NCBI RefSeq assembly: GCF_024298765.1
Contig: NZ_CP101210.1
DNA length: 64,000 nucleotides
Reading direction: 5' to 3' (one strand)
DNA from: Escherichia coli
GTDB taxonomy: Bacteria > Pseudomonadota > Gammaproteobacteria > Enterobacterales > Enterobacteriaceae
Shown here: piece after piece, positions 28,886 through 42,173 of the stretch
How the letters are laid out: every line of letters begins with the position of its first letter
Position numbering within the stretch: the first letter of the stretch is position 1
Made by a program: the position numbers and the translations under genes
The notes under the pieces: model-generated
The model's input: the letters and a program-made list of their open reading frames with translations, nothing else
Told to the model about the DNA's origin: nothing
Databases searched by the model: none

Positions 28886-30080
28886 TATTTACCCCCTCAC
28901 GATCTAAAGCGCGCAGCAGCATTCCTTTCGAAATGATGCCGACATACTGTTGGTCCTCATCGACCACGGGCACCGCACAGGGGGCCTGTCCGACATGAGA
29001 GAGCAACTCGCTAAGAGGCGTTTGTGCATCGACCGCTAACGGCGCATCAATCAGCGCCGCATCAAGACCTTGCTGCTGCGTTAACGCGGCTTTAAGCGAA
29101 TCGATAGACACAGCGCCGACAAACTTATTACCGCGTTCGATGACGTAGCCATATTCGCGATCTTCATCCTGCAATAATTTCAGTGCCGAACGCGGGCCGA
29201 AGCCGGGGGTTTTACGAATTAAGCCGTTTGGTGTACGACGGGCAATATCTTTCGCACTGAACACCTGGCTAATATCGACGCCACGGAAGAAGGTACGGAC
29301 ATAATCATTCGCCGGATTATTGAGAATTTCATCCGGTGTGCCGACCTGTACTACTTCACCATTTTGCATAATGGCAATTCGGTCGCCAATACGCATGGCT
29401 TCATCGAGATCGTGGGAAATAAAGACAATGGTGCGCTGATGTTTCGCCTGTAATTTTACCAGCTCATCCTGCATCTCGGTGCGAATTAATGGATCGAGCG
29501 CCGAGAAGGCTTCGTCCATTAATAATATATCCGGATTAATCGCTAACGCGCGGGCTAATCCCACTCGTTGACGCATCCCGCCAGAGAGTTCATCCGGGTA
29601 GCTGTGGGCATAATTTTCCAGCCCGACCTGACGCAGTGCATCAAGGGCCTTTTCCCGGCGTTCTTCGGCATTAATTCCGGCCAGTTCCATACCGAACGCA
29701 GTATTGTCCAGCACGGTCATATGCGGCATTAAGGCAAAGGACTGGAAGACCATCGCAATCTTTTTTCTGCGCACCTCACGGAGTTCGGCGTCGGATATTT
29801 TGGCAATATCCACACCATCAATCAGCACTTGCCCGCGGGTGGGTTCAATCAGGCGATTGAGAAGGCGTACCATTGTGGATTTACCCGAACCGGATAATCC
29901 CATGATGACAAATATCTCGCCTTCTTCAATGGCCAGACTGGCGTCTTTTACGCCAAGCGATAGCCCAGTTTTTTCCAGAATTTGTTCTTTTGAAAGTCCT
30001 TGTTCGATATATTTGAAAGCTCGCTGTGGATGCTCACCAAATATTTTATAAAGATTTTTAATTTCTAATTTAATTGCCAT
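28878..30080 (-). CDS. proV: Glycine betaine/proline ABC transporter ATPase ProV
   Basis: 400-aa ORF; Walker [13 protein letters not shown] signature [10 protein letters not shown]-terminal CBS domains. Confidence 0.95.
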   Translation of the reverse strand: MAIKLEIKNLYKIFGEHPQRAFKYIEQGLSKEQILEKTGLSLGVKDASLAIEEGEIFVIMGLSGSGKSTMVRLLNRLIEPTRGQVLIDGVDIAKISDAELREVRRKKIAMVFQSFALMPHMTVLDNTAFGMELAGINAEERREKALDALRQVGLENYAHSYPDELSGGMRQRVGLARALAINPDILLMDEAFSALDPLIRTEMQDELVKLQAKHQRTIVFISHDLDEAMRIGDRIAIMQNGEVVQVGTPDEILNNPANDYVRTFFRGVDISQVFSAKDIARRTPNGLIRKTPGFGPRSALKLLQDEDREYGYVIERGNKFVGAVSIDSLKAALTQQQGLDAALIDAPLAVDAQTPLSELLSHVGQAPCAVPVVDEDQQYVGIISKGMLLRALDREGVNNG

Positions 30081-30435
30081 GCAATAGAAAGATTCCTGTT
30101 ATTTGTTTATGTCGATACATTACCCAATGGAAATAGTCACTTTTTTCTACCCTAACATACTGAGAATCTGAGGCAACCCCTGAGGGCAAATGTGGCATGA
30201 ATATTGATGTGAGCAAATCGCCGGAATTTCCCATGATATAAGGGCTGAGAGCAAATCGAGAAAAGTTGATATTTTTTGTCAAAGATAGCAAAAAAACGCC
30301 TGAATATTGTGGTTTCAGGCGAATAATGCAACAGAGTATCAGTGTAGATCACCACAAATTATTTACGTGATATAAAGCTATTTGGCGGGAATTATTTCCC
30401 TGCAGCGGGTAGTGATATTTTTGAAAATAACCCCC

Positions 30436-31404
<969 letters not shown>

Positions 31405-33549
31405 TTAAAGTGCACAGGAGACGCAGCCTTCAATTTCAGTGCCTTCCAGCGCCATCTGACGCAGGCGAATGTAATAGAGCGTTTTGATACCCTTGCGCCA
31501 GGCGTAAATCTGCGCTTTGTTGATATCGCGAGTGGTGGCGGTATCGGGGAAAAACAGCGTCAGCGACAGCCCCTGATCGACATGGCGAGTCGCTTCCGCG
31601 TAGGTGTCGATGATCTTTTCTGCGCCAATTTCGTAAGCGTCCTGATACAGCGCCAGATTCTCGTTAGTCATAAACGGGGCAGGGTAGTAAACGCGTCCTG
31701 TTTTGCCCTCTTTGCGTATCTCTACTTTCGCCACAATCGGATGAATACTCGACGTAGCATGGTTGATATAAGAGATAGAACCGGTTGGCGGCACCGCCTG
31801 AAGATTCTGGTTGTAAATGCCGTAGCGCATCACGTCGTCGCGCAGCTGCGCCCACATCTCACGGGTAGGTAACGTAATACCGCTACGGGTAAACAGTTCG
31901 CCAACTTTCGCCGTTTTCGGCTGCCAGTTCCCTTGCAGATATTGGCTAAAATATTCACCACTGGCATAGCGTGACTGTTTGAACCCGGCGAAGGTTTCAC
32001 CGCGTTCGCGCGCCAGCAACATCGAGGTACGCAGTGCGTGCCAGGTGATGGTATAGAAATAGAGATTGGTGAAATCGAGTGCTTCCGGCGATCCATAAGC
32101 GATGCCTTCTCGCGCCAGATAACCGTGTAAATTCATCTGCCCCAGTCCGATGGCGTGTGAGGCGGCATTTCCGGCTTCGATGGACGGCACGCTGCGGATA
32201 TGACTCATATCTGACACCGCCGTTAAACCGCGCACGGCAGTCTCTACCGTGCGGGCAAAGTCGGGGGAATCCATGGTGTGGGCAATATTCAACGAACCTA
32301 AATTGCAGGAAATATCATGGCCTGTGCGGGCATAGTCGAGATTCTCGTCATACTCTGAGGCGCTGTTAACCTGCAAAATTTCTGAGCAGAGATTGCTCAT
32401 ATTTATGCGCCCGGCGATAGGGTTAGCACGGTTAACCGTGTCTTCATACATGATGTAGGGATAGCCGGACTCAAACTGGATTTCTGCCAGTCGCTGGAAG
32501 AAATCACGGGCGTTGATGTATTTTTTGCGGATGCGTTCATTGGCAACCAGTTCGGCATAGTGTTCACTGATGGCGACATCGGCAAATGGCTTGCCATAAA
32601 CTCGCTCTATGTCATAGGGCGAAAACAGCGCCATCTGCGCATTCTCTTTTGCCAGATGGAAAGTGATATCCGGGATCACCACGCCCAGCGACAGTGTTTT
32701 AATGCGGATTTTCTCGTCGGCATTTTCCCGTTTCGTATCGAGAAAACGCAGAATATCGGGATGATGGGCATGTAAATAGACTGCGCCAGCACCCTGACGC
32801 GCGCCGAGCTGGTTGGCATAGGAAAATGCGTCTTCCAGCATTTTCATCACCGGAATCACGCCAGAAGATTGATTTTCAATACGTTTAATTGGCGCGCCCG
32901 CTTCCCGCAGATTCGACAGCAAAAATGCAACGCCGCCGCCGCGTTTCGACAGTTGCAGTGCGGAATTTACTGCCCGGCCAATCGACTCCATATTGTCTTC
33001 AATACGCAGCAAAAAACAGGAAACCAGTTCGCCGCGCTGCTGCTTACCACAGTTGAGGAATGTCGGTGTTGCAGGCTGAAAGCGTCCTGACAGCATCTCA
33101 TCGGTCAGTTGCGTCGCCAGTGTTTCATCGCCTTGTGCCAGCGTCAGCGCCACCATCGTGACTCGATCGGCAAAATCTTCCAGATAACGTTTACCGTCGA
33201 ATGTCTTCAACGTATAGCTGGTGTAAAACTTCCATGCTCCGAGGAATGTCTGAAAACGAAAACCGCTGGCGTGTGCGTGGGCAAACAGCGTAATGACAAA
33301 GTCGCGAGAGTACCGATTAAGAACGCTTTCATCATAGTAACCTTCGTTGACCAGCCAGTTCAGGCGCTGCTGTTGGCTACTGAAGGTCACACTGTTCGGA
33401 CGCACATGCGTCGTCATAAAGGCGTCTACTGCCTGGCGATCTTTATCGAACTGAATGCGACCTGCGCTATCGTAAAGGTTAAGCATCGCATTCAGCGCGT
33501 GGTAATCCATAGTTTCCTGCGTCAGGCGTTCTGCGGTTGTCGTTGCCAA
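31405..33549 (-). CDS. nrdE: Class Ib ribonucleotide reductase alpha subunit NrdE
   Basis: 714-aa ORF with C-terminal cysteines; synteny. Confidence 0.95.
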
Positions 33550-33932
33550 AATTCGGTTACTCCTTTACGAACGTTTTCGATATCGCTTTGCGTACCCATG
33601 AGTTCAAAGCGGTACAGCCATGGCACGCCGCATTTCCGGGCAATCACATCTCCGGCGCGGCCATATGCCTCACCAAAGTTGCGATTACCCGAAGCAATAA
33701 CGCCGCGCAGCAACGCCCGGTTATGCTCGTCGTTTAAAAAGCGAATGACCTGTCGTGGCACCGCGCCAGCCGTACCGCCGCCGCCGTAAGAGGGCACGAT
33801 CAGGATGTAAGGCTCGTCTACCTGAATCCGTTCCCGCTCATTGAGCGGGATGCGCACCGCGGGTAGCCCTAAACGTTCGATAAAACGCTGCGTATTTTCG
33901 GAGCTGCTGGAAAAGTAGACGAGCTGGCTCAT
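33522..33932 (-). CDS. nrdI: Flavodoxin-like NrdI
   Basis: 136-aa ORF overlapping the nrdE start; synteny. Confidence 0.92.
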
Positions 33933-34174
33933 GCACTGGCAGCGTGTGGCGCTGGATGCAGACGATTGATCATGTCCGGGCGGAAACCAGACCAGCTAAG
34001 ATCGCCTGCAATCACAACCGGCAACTGACGAAAGCCCTGAGCACGCAGCGCTTCCGCCGCTTCAGGAACGCGATCGACATTAATCATTTCAAAGTCAAAG
34101 CCCCGGTTTTCCATCGCCCGTTTGGTGGCGTGGCACTGAACGCAATCGTTACGAGTGTAAATAGTAATGCGCAT
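33929..34174 (-). CDS. nrdH: Glutaredoxin-like protein NrdH
   Basis: 81-aa ORF with redox motif CVQC. Confidence 0.93.
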
Positions 34175-34421
34175 GATTCGTATTTCCGTTTAAAATGAAG
34201 ATACGGCGCGATGATACGCGTCGGGTTGTCTCTCTGTTGATACAGAGATACTAGATGTAGTTGAAAAAAGATTCAACCATACAATATATAGCAAATAGTG
34301 GTCGAAATTACCCTGGGTATAAGCGTGACGGGGTAGGGGGATTTTTGTGATTCACCAGGCAAAAAGAAACCCCGAAGCCAGGCTTCGGGGTCAAAGACGC
34401 GTATTTATTATCATTATTGCA

Positions 34422-34751
34422 CTACGATTTGCGCATGCTTAACAGTGCGCCGATAAAAATACCTACCGCAGCTGCTGTACCCACGCTACACCAGGGTCTT
34501 TCACGAACAAAAGAATCCGCGCAGCCAACGGCATCACGCGCGGCTTGCTGGACGCGAGTACGACCATGCATTCGCGCCCTGGTTTCTTTCAGTAGAGCCT
34601 GCGCTTTACTGCGTGCGGCTTCAGCTTCCCCTTTGGCGTCGCTGCCCCAGGACTTCAATACAGATTCGAGACTATCAGCTAATTGATTGACATCATTCTG
34701 GATATCCTGCACGCCATCATCAACGTCGTTGCGGTTCGGTCGGTTAAACAT
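34422..34751 (-). CDS. ygaM: DUF883/ElaB-family ribosome-associated membrane protein YgaM
   Basis: 109 aa from MFNRPNRND; C-terminal TM anchor. Confidence 0.82.
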   Translation of the reverse strand: MFNRPNRNDVDDGVQDIQNDVNQLADSLESVLKSWGSDAKGEAEAARSKAQALLKETRARMHGRTRVQQAARDAVGCADSFVRERPWCSVGTAAAVGIFIGALLSMRKS

Positions 34752-34902
34752 ATGATCCCCCATTAGAATTCGATGTAATTTTCAGTGTAGACCATAATTT
34801 TCTTAACTGAGGTTCATCGCAGCTTTATGGACTTTTCTGAAAGCGTTGTGAATGCGCAATCAGGTAAGGTAGGCCCGCGGTTGATAATAACGAGGATCAA
34901 AT

Positions 34903-35247
34903 ATGTATTTACGACCAGACGAGGTGGCGCGCGTACTTGAAAAAGTCGGTTTTACTGTCGATGTGGTAACCCAGAAGGCTTATGGTTACCGCCGTGGGGA
35001 AAATTATGTCTATGTTAATCGCGAAGCGCGAATGGGACGTACCGCCCTGGTGATTCATCCAACATTAAAAGAACGTAGTTCAACACTGGCTGAACCCGCT
35101 TCCGATATTAAAACTTGCGATCATTATCAACAATTTCCGCTCTATTTAGCAGGCGAGCGACACGAGCATTACGGTATCCCGCATGGCTTTAGTTCGCGTG
35201 TTGCGCTTGAACGTTATTTGAATGGTTTATTTGGCGAAGCCAGTTAA
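34903..35247 (+). CDS. ygaC: DUF2002-family protein YgaC
   Basis: 114-aa ORF; synteny. Confidence 0.8.
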
Positions 35248-35283
35248 AGACGCGACTGGCGATGCCAGTCGCGAAAAGAAGGG

Positions 35284-35733
35284 TCAGGCTTTTACCTGCT
35301 GGTAACGGCTGACTTTAAACAGTCGGCGGCAATAATCGAGGAAGTAGCCATAAACCGCCCCCATCAACATCGAAACAACGATGTTTGAACTGACCGCCGC
35401 CATAATCTGATGCCAGTCTGCGCCCACCACTAACAAGATCGCCACATACACCGGTGACTGGAACGTCACATAAGCCATGATATCCGCCAGATTTTTTATC
35501 CAGCCCGACGGGCTAACTTTGCGTGCTGCGCGCATAAACAGATCGCGGTACATACCGTATGGCCATGCAATTAAGATGTTTACCGGAATCGCTACCAATC
35601 TGGAATAAAAAGACTGTTCGAAGCTCATTCCGGAGAGGAAAACTTCAATACACATGTTCACGACAGAACAGTAAACAACCATCGCGAACGTATCTGCAAC
35701 TGCATGACGCAAGCGTGACTGCGGTGAGAACAT
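35284..35733 (-). CDS. alaE: L-alanine exporter AlaE
   Basis: ORF 35284-35844; start placed at [10 protein letters not shown] to give 149 aa; hydrophobic. Confidence 0.82.
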   Translation of the reverse strand: MFSPQSRLRHAVADTFAMVVYCSVVNMCIEVFLSGMSFEQSFYSRLVAIPVNILIAWPYGMYRDLFMRAARKVSPSGWIKNLADIMAYVTFQSPVYVAILLVVGADWHQIMAAVSSNIVVSMLMGAVYGYFLDYCRRLFKVSRYQQVKA

Positions 35734-36399
35734 GCTAATGCTCCTTAATAAAAGCGTAATGGGATGTGAATGGAGATGAAAGCAGTGGATCTCATTGCCA
35801 TCTGCATTTTTGCATAGCGTATATCGCTGGCTATGACTAATCAATTAGTGAAAAATTTTTATTTAATCTGTTTTTGTAGATAAAATATTCCGTAGCGGCG
35901 CGTTTTTTGCACATTGTGGATTTTTACATGCCGATATGATTTATTTTTAATTAAATCAATTGGATATGTGTTTACCTTTATTTTCACTCATGAAGGTTTG
36001 GGGGGGGGTAACGCTATAAGCGTAGAGAATTCGGTGTATGTAGTGATCGGGTCATTTTCAGCATTTTTTATGCCAGATAATGTACATTGACAGCAGAAAG
36101 CACCAGTGATAGATGTTTTCTTTTATTCTGTTGAGTTGCATTTTTATTCACTTTGGTTTTGTCGGGCTTGCGGAATTAGCGAGCAGAGAGCGCCGCTCTG
36201 TTCACCAATAACCTAAATTACTCATCAAAATGGCTAATATATAATCTTGAAATTATTCTGAGGGTTTCAGAAAATAACAGCTGAAATAATCTCGTGCAGG
36301 ACTGTAAATAGATTAAATTTTGTGGAAATATAATAAGTGATCGCTTACACTACGCGACGAAATACTTTTTTGTTTTGGCGTTAAAAGGTTTTCTTTATT

Positions 36400-36804
36400 A
36401 TGTCCGTAATGTTACAAAGTTTAAATAACATTCGCACCCTCCGTGCGATGGCTCGCGAATTCTCCATTGACGTTCTTGAAGAAATGCTCGAAAAATTCAG
36501 GGTTGTCACTAAAGAAAGACGTGAAGAAGAACAACAACAGCAGCGTGAACTGGCAGAGCGCCAGGAAAAAATTAGCACCTGGCTGGAGCTGATGAAAGCT
36601 GACGGAATTAACCCGGAAGAGTTATTGGGTAATAGCTCTGCTGCGGCACCACGCGCTGGTAAAAAACGCCAGCCGCGTCCGGCGAAATATAAATTCATCG
36701 ATGTTAACGGTGAAACTAAAACCTGGACCGGTCAGGGCCGTACACCGAAGCCAATCGCTCAGGCGCTGGCAGAAGGTAAATCTCTCGACGATTTCCTGAT
36801 CTAA
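36400..36804 (+). CDS. stpA: H-NS paralog nucleoid protein StpA
   Basis: 134-aa [36 protein letters not shown]...; C-terminal TWTGQGRTP motif. Confidence 0.95.
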   Translation: MSVMLQSLNNIRTLRAMAREFSIDVLEEMLEKFRVVTKERREEEQQQQRELAERQEKISTWLELMKADGINPEELLGNSSAAAPRAGKKRQPRPAKYKFIDVNGETKTWTGQGRTPKPIAQALAEGKSLDDFLI

Positions 36805-36850
36805 TTACTGAGGCCGGATGTTGCTGCTATGGCGCGTCCGGCGTCGCTTC

Positions 36851-37375
36851 TCAAGCTCGTTGGTTCCACGGCATCTTATCTAACAACCTTGCCATCCCAC
36901 AAAAACCGCTAATTCCTGCAAACATTAACCCGGCACCAACAAAGCCGCTTAATAAGAAGAAACCGCTATTTACGGTATAACCTAGTATAACGCCGATTAA
37001 TATTAAACCACCCGCAGCGATCTGCACCTGGCGCATTAACGGCAAGGGTTGAGATTTATTTACCGCTACTGGTAATCCTGCTTTTTTCCAGCCATCAATC
37101 CCATCTTCGAGTAAAAAGATTTCTGCGGGGGCGGCAATCGCTGCTAATTTATCGGCGTTATTACTGGTGCGTTTACCTGCCTGGCAGTGGAATATTATTT
37201 GCTCGCGACGTAATTTAGCCGGAAGACCTGACTGTTTCAGCACGGATAATGGAGCCAGATCTGCTTCAGGAATATGTTCACGAAGATATTCATCAGCGTC
37301 ACGAATATCGATTAACTTTGCGCCGCGTGCGATTAATTCTTGTGCATCATGCGGCGAAATGGTTGTCAAAGCCAT
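36851..37375 (-). CDS. ygaP: Membrane-anchored rhodanese (thiosulfate sulfurtransferase) YgaP
   Basis: 174-aa ORF; rhodanese active-site CQAGKR; C-terminal TMs. Confidence 0.88.
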   Translation of the reverse strand: MALTTISPHDAQELIARGAKLIDIRDADEYLREHIPEADLAPLSVLKQSGLPAKLRREQIIFHCQAGKRTSNNADKLAAIAAPAEIFLLEDGIDGWKKAGLPVAVNKSQPLPLMRQVQIAAGGLILIGVILGYTVNSGFFLLSGFVGAGLMFAGISGFCGMARLLDKMPWNQRA

Positions 37376-37384
37376 AGTGACTCC

Positions 37385-37684
37385 TTACGGACAATAGACA
37401 TTTTTCAGGGTGGCGATAATGGCATTTACCGCCTCATTTTTAATGGAATATAGAATGCGTTGGGCATCCCGTTGGCTGTCGATAAGCCCTTCGTCCCGCA
37501 TACGAGCGAGATGCTGTGATGTTGCAGAGGCACTTAGTCCGGTAATGCGCGTCAGCTCTCCCGCACTGGTGCCGGGGGAACCGCTAAGCATGCACAGAAT
37601 CAGCAACCGTTTAGGGTGGCTCATTGCTTTCAATAAGGCCGCTGCCTGTTCGGCACTAGCCTGTAATTGCGCGAGTTCAGTCAT
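37385..37684 (-). CDS. ygaV: ArsR-family transcriptional regulator YgaV
   Basis: 99-aa ORF with winged HTH; overlaps the ygaP start. Confidence 0.88.
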   Translation of the reverse strand: MTELAQLQASAEQAAALLKAMSHPKRLLILCMLSGSPGTSAGELTRITGLSASATSQHLARMRDEGLIDSQRDAQRILYSIKNEAVNAIIATLKNVYCP

Positions 37685-37866
37685 AGATATTTAAGTATTT
37701 TCTAAATTAAGTAAACTCTAAATTAAAAATGCAACATATACCAGCCTCAGCAGCGTAAATGAGAGTAAAAGCGTAAGCTGAAACTGGCAGGCTCCGCTAA
37801 AATTACTACGCTTAAGAGATAAAATCTCTTTTTAAACAATGAGTAATTTTCTTATAGGGAGTACAT

Positions 37867-38025
37867 ATGGGTTTCTGGAGAATCGTCATCACCATCATTC
37901 TGCCGCCGCTCGGCGTGCTGCTCGGTAAAGGGTTCGGTTGGGCGTTCATTATTAATATTCTGCTGACACTGCTTGGGTATATCCCCGGTTTGATTCACGC
38001 GTTCTGGGTGCAAACCCGCGATTAA
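37867..38025 (+). CDS. yqaE: Pmp3/UPF0057-family small membrane protein YqaE
   Basis: Hand-translated 52-aa ORF MGFWRIVITIILPPLGVLLGKGFGWAFIINILLTLLGYIPGLIHAFWVQTRD; below the 60-aa ORF-track cutoff. Confidence 0.85.
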   Translation: MGFWRIVITIILPPLGVLLGKGFGWAFIINILLTLLGYIPGLIHAFWVQTRD

Positions 38026-38108
38026 ACCTGTGTTCACCCCCGCGGCGTTAACGCGCCGCGTTCCTCTGCTACACTTTCTGAGTGTTTCCGTTAACGAATG
38101 AGGTAGCT

Positions 38109-38558
38109 ATGGGTCTGTTCAATTTTGTGAAAGATGCCGGAGAAAAACTCTGGGACGCGGTTACAGGTCAGCACGATAAAGACGATCAGGCGAAGAAGGT
38201 GCAGGAGCATCTGAACAAAACCGGTATACCTGATGCCGATAAAGTGAACATTCAAATTGCCGACGGCAAAGCGACGGTCACGGGTGACGGCTTAAGTCAG
38301 GAGGCGAAGGAGAAAATCCTTGTTGCGGTGGGGAATATTTCCGGTATTGCCAGTGTCGATGATCAGGTGAAAACGGCGACACCAGCCACTGCCAGCCAGT
38401 TTTATACCGTTAAGTCTGGCGACACTCTGAGTGCCATTTCCAAACAGGTCTACGGTAACGCTAATCTGTACAATAAAATCTTCGAAGCGAATAAACCGAT
38501 GCTAAAAAGCCCGGATAAAATTTACCCGGGGCAAGTGTTGCGTATTCCTGAAGAGTAG
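38109..38558 (+). CDS. kbp: Potassium-binding protein Kbp (YgaU; BON + LysM)
   Basis: 149 aa from [11 protein letters not shown]; C-terminal LysM ([19 protein letters not shown]). Confidence 0.9.
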
Positions 38559-39221
38559 TTAATTGCCAGCCATCGCCTGCTGGATAATGGGAATTGGCGT
38601 CAGTAAATGCTGGCGCATTAACTCACTGGCGCGCGCGGTATCTCGCGCCAGTACCGTCGCAGTCAGGGTCTGGTGCTGATCGTGTTTATCTTCCAGCATT
38701 TCCACCGAAAGCACTGTTCGCCGCAGCCAGATAAATCGATAACGCGTTGCCAGATCAAACAACCGTTCACGCATTTGCAGCAAATAGTAAGAACCACAGC
38801 CCGCCACAATTGCAGTATGAAACGCCTGATGACGCAGATCCCACTCATCAAGCATTTTCTCACTGGCGTCACAGGCCTCAAGCTTACTGAGCAGATGCGC
38901 CTTCGCAAGAACGTCTGCCTCCCATTCATCGCCACCGCGGGCAATCGCCAGACTCACCAGCATCGCTTCCATATTGGCGCGGGCGTCGAAAATATCGAGC
39001 AGCTCCTGCTCTGACATAGACGCCACCCGATACCCTTTTTGATTCACCACCGTGACCAGTCGTTCTGCCACCAGTTGCGAAAGCGCCTCCCGCAACGGTC
39101 CGACGCCAAGTGCATAACGCGATGTCAGCAAACTCATCCGTAATTTTTCATCCGGCTGAAAATTGCCGCGAATAATATCGTTCTTCAGCCAGCGATAGCC
39201 ATCCAGAGAGGTAATGGTCAT
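38559..39221 (-). CDS. csiR: GntR-family regulator CsiR (GabC)
   Basis: 220 aa from MTITSLDGY; GntR HTH + FCD domain; downstream of gabP. Confidence 0.88.
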   Translation of the reverse strand: MTITSLDGYRWLKNDIIRGNFQPDEKLRMSLLTSRYALGVGPLREALSQLVAERLVTVVNQKGYRVASMSEQELLDIFDARANMEAMLVSLAIARGGDEWEADVLAKAHLLSKLEACDASEKMLDEWDLRHQAFHTAIVAGCGSYYLLQMRERLFDLATRYRFIWLRRTVLSVEMLEDKHDQHQTLTATVLARDTARASELMRQHLLTPIPIIQQAMAGN

Positions 39222-39241
39222 GGTGTGACTCCTGATCATTA

Positions 39242-40642
39242 TCAGCGCGTATTATGAATGGGTGTTTTTTGCCACATTATCAGCTTTTTCCAGCGAGCCA
39301 TAATTGGCACGGTACAGATAATCCCAATCGCTAATAAGCCGGTGGAGAGCACTTCTAACTGTTGCGCCGGGCGGAATAGCATCACTACCAACACAAAGGT
39401 AATAAAACCGATGACCAGCCAGGTGAGCCACGGATAAAGCCACATCCGCAGGCGAATTTCGCTTCCTTCTGCTCGCAGAATTTTGCGCATCCGCAATTGT
39501 GAAACGGCGATGACTAAATAAACCAGCAGGGCGATAGCGCCGGAGCTGTCGATCAGAAATTTAAACACCTTCGCAGGCGCGTAATAGTTCACCACCACCG
39601 TTAAGAATGCCGCGCCGGTGGAGAGTAACACCGCTACGTACGGGGTTTTACTGCGGTTGATTTTACCCATTACCGCGGGAGCATCACCGCGACGGCTTAA
39701 GGAGTAGAGCATCCTGGAAGCGGTATACAGCGCCGAGTTCAGGCAACTGGTTACGGAAAGTAATATCACGCAGTCCATGATTAATTTCGCATGAGGAATA
39801 TTGAGCAATTCCAGAACCGAGCGATAAGAACCAACGGCTTTCAGCCCTGGCATATTCCACGGTATTAATGCCACAACGACAAAAATAGAACACAAATAGA
39901 AAATAGAGATACGCCAGATAACCGAGTTGGTGGCGCGGACAATATGTTTTTCCGGCGTGTCGGATTCCGCGGCGGCAATGGTGACAATTTCTGCGCCCAT
40001 AAACGAGAACATGGTGATCAACATCGCGCTTAATACCGCACCGAAGCCGTTGGGCATAAAGCCGCCGCTATCCCACAATCTTGAAATACCGCTCACGTCG
40101 GCATACGGGTAAAAACCGCTAATTGCGACTGCACCAAGGAAAATAAAGGCCAGGATAGCGATGACTTTACACAGCGCCAGCCAGAACTCAAATTCGCCGT
40201 AGTTTTTAACGCTTAATAAATTACTGCCGGTTAAGGCGAGGGTAATGACGAGGGAAAATAACCAGATGGGAATGCCTGGAACCCACGAGTGCAGGATCAT
40301 GGCGGCGATGTTGGCTTCCAGCGGGATAACCAGTACCCAAAACCACCAGTACAGCCAGCCGATGGTATAGCCCGCCCAACGGCCAATAGCTTTATCGGCA
40401 TAGGTGGAAAACGAACCGGTATCGGGCGTGGCAACTGCCATTTCCGCCAACATCCGCATAATCATAACCACCAGTAATCCGGCGAACAGATAGGCCAGTA
40501 ATACCGCCGGGCCCGCTTCGGCGATGGCGACGCTGGAACCGACAAACAGACTTGCGCCGATAACACCGGCAATAGACAACATGGTGACGTGGCGTGACTT
40601 CAGCCCGCCGCCTAACTCATGTGGTTGCGATGATTGCCCCAT
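39242..40642 (-). CDS. gabP: GABA permease GabP (APC family)
   Basis: 466 aa from MGQSSQPHELGG; 12-TMS-like. Confidence 0.92.
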   Translation of the reverse strand: MGQSSQPHELGGGLKSRHVTMLSIAGVIGASLFVGSSVAIAEAGPAVLLAYLFAGLLVVMIMRMLAEMAVATPDTGSFSTYADKAIGRWAGYTIGWLYWWFWVLVIPLEANIAAMILHSWVPGIPIWLFSLVITLALTGSNLLSVKNYGEFEFWLALCKVIAILAFIFLGAVAISGFYPYADVSGISRLWDSGGFMPNGFGAVLSAMLITMFSFMGAEIVTIAAAESDTPEKHIVRATNSVIWRISIFYLCSIFVVVALIPWNMPGLKAVGSYRSVLELLNIPHAKLIMDCVILLSVTSCLNSALYTASRMLYSLSRRGDAPAVMGKINRSKTPYVAVLLSTGAAFLTVVVNYYAPAKVFKFLIDSSGAIALLVYLVIAVSQLRMRKILRAEGSEIRLRMWLYPWLTWLVIGFITFVLVVMLFRPAQQLEVLSTGLLAIGIICTVPIMARWKKLIMWQKTPIHNTR

Positions 40643-40744
40643 CCTGAATCCTCTCGAAAGTGTGTCACTTGGGAGAGCGCCCCGACATTTCCCGCGTCGG
40701 GTCACGCGTGTAATTGTTATTGGTTCTTTTTACCGGAGAGCGGC

Positions 40745-40870
40745 TCCGCCTTATCCGGCCGACATAGATTTATTCCTGTTCACGTACAGATTGTCGGATG
40801 CAGCGTAAACGCTTTATCCGACCTGGATTCGCGTAGGCCGGACAAGACGCGCAGCGTCGCCTCCGGCATG
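40745..40870. repeat. REP/BIME cluster between gabP and gabT
   Basis: Multiple palindromic units (gccttatccggcc, gtcggatgcagcgtaaacgctttatccgacc, gtaggccggacaagacgcagcgtcgcctccggc). Confidence 0.7.
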
Positions 40871-40879
40871 GGTACGGAT

Positions 40880-42160
40880 CTACTGCTTCGCCTCAGCAAA
40901 ACACTGGCTGATGATTTCCAGACCCTGACGGATCTGAGCGTCTTCAATGGTGAGCGGTACAAGGATGCGCAGCACGTTGTAATACGGGCCGCAGGAGAGA
41001 AGAATCAGGCCTTTATCGCGGGCACGCGCCACGATCTCGGCGGTGAGTTTGGCGTCCGGTTTGCTGTGATCGCCATCTTCAAACAGCTCGATGGCAATCA
41101 TCGCTCCCAGCCCGCGTACATCGCCGATCTCCGGGTGTTTTTCGGCTATCGCCAGCAATCCGTCTTTCAGCTTATGCCCCAGGTCGTTGGCTTTTTGCAG
41201 CAGATTTTCCTGCTCGAATACCTTTAACACTTCCAGCGCTGCCACGCAGGCAATCGGGTTACCGGCATAGGTGCCGCCCAGACCGCCTGGAGCGACGGCA
41301 TCCATCACTTCCGCGCGCCCGGTGACGCCCGCCAGCGGGAAGCCGCCCGCGATCGATTTCGCAAAGGTGGTAAGATCCGGCGCAACGTCCATCTGCTCCA
41401 TCGCAAACAGCGTGCCGGTACGCCCCGCGCCGCTCTGCACTTCATCGGCAATCAGCATGATCCCGTGCTCGTCACACAGCGCGCGTAAACGCTGCATAAA
41501 GGCTGGCGTCGCGGCGTAGAAACCGCCTTCGCCCTGAACCGGCTCAATCACGATGGCGGCGATATCTTCCGGCGCGGCGTCATTTTTGAAGATCCGGTGG
41601 ATGCTGGCGATAGCGTCATCCTCGCTTATGCCGTGCAGCGGGCAAGGATAAAGCGCGCGATAAACATGACCCGGCATCAGCCCCATGCCCGCAGAGTACG
41701 GATTCACCTTGCCGGTCAGCGCCAGCGTGTAATGCGTGCGCCCGTGATACGCACCGCTAAAGGCGATAGTACCGCTACGTTTAGTGGCGGCGCGGGCGAT
41801 TTTCACCGCGTTTTCCACCGCTTCGGAACCGGTCGTAACCAGCAGCGTTTTTTTGGCGAAATCTCCCGGCACCTTCTGATTCATAATCTCGCACAGCTCC
41901 AGATACGGTTCGTAAGCCAGCACCTGGAAGCAGGTGTGCGACAGCTTTTTCAACTGCGCTTCCACCGCCGCAACCACTTTCGGATGCAGGTGCCCGGTAT
42001 TGAGCACCGCAATGCCGCCCGCGAAATCAAGATACTCACGACCTTCAACGTCCCACACCCGGCAGTTTTCCGCGCGGTCAGCGAAAATGGGGTGAATTTG
42101 CCCAACGCCACGAGGAACTGCCTGACTACGGCGCTGCATTAACTCTTTATTGCTGCTCAT
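40880..42160 (-). CDS. gabT: 4-aminobutyrate aminotransferase GabT
   Basis: 426-aa ORF; class III PLP aminotransferase. Confidence 0.95.
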   Translation of the reverse strand: MSSNKELMQRRSQAVPRGVGQIHPIFADRAENCRVWDVEGREYLDFAGGIAVLNTGHLHPKVVAAVEAQLKKLSHTCFQVLAYEPYLELCEIMNQKVPGDFAKKTLLVTTGSEAVENAVKIARAATKRSGTIAFSGAYHGRTHYTLALTGKVNPYSAGMGLMPGHVYRALYPCPLHGISEDDAIASIHRIFKNDAAPEDIAAIVIEPVQGEGGFYAATPAFMQRLRALCDEHGIMLIADEVQSGAGRTGTLFAMEQMDVAPDLTTFAKSIAGGFPLAGVTGRAEVMDAVAPGGLGGTYAGNPIACVAALEVLKVFEQENLLQKANDLGHKLKDGLLAIAEKHPEIGDVRGLGAMIAIELFEDGDHSKPDAKLTAEIVARARDKGLILLSCGPYYNVLRILVPLTIEDAQIRQGLEIISQCFAEAKQ

Positions 42161-42173
42161 TCGCGTTCTCCAG

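Noticed and set aside
37852-38037. 61-aa reverse-strand ORF
   Set aside because: Antisense to the conserved 52-aa yqaE gene on the plus strand, which has a proper start and recognisable Pmp3-family sequence.
40634-41227. 197-aa plus-strand ORF spanning the gabP-gabT spacer
   Set aside because: Runs through REP elements and antisense to gabT; no coding signal.
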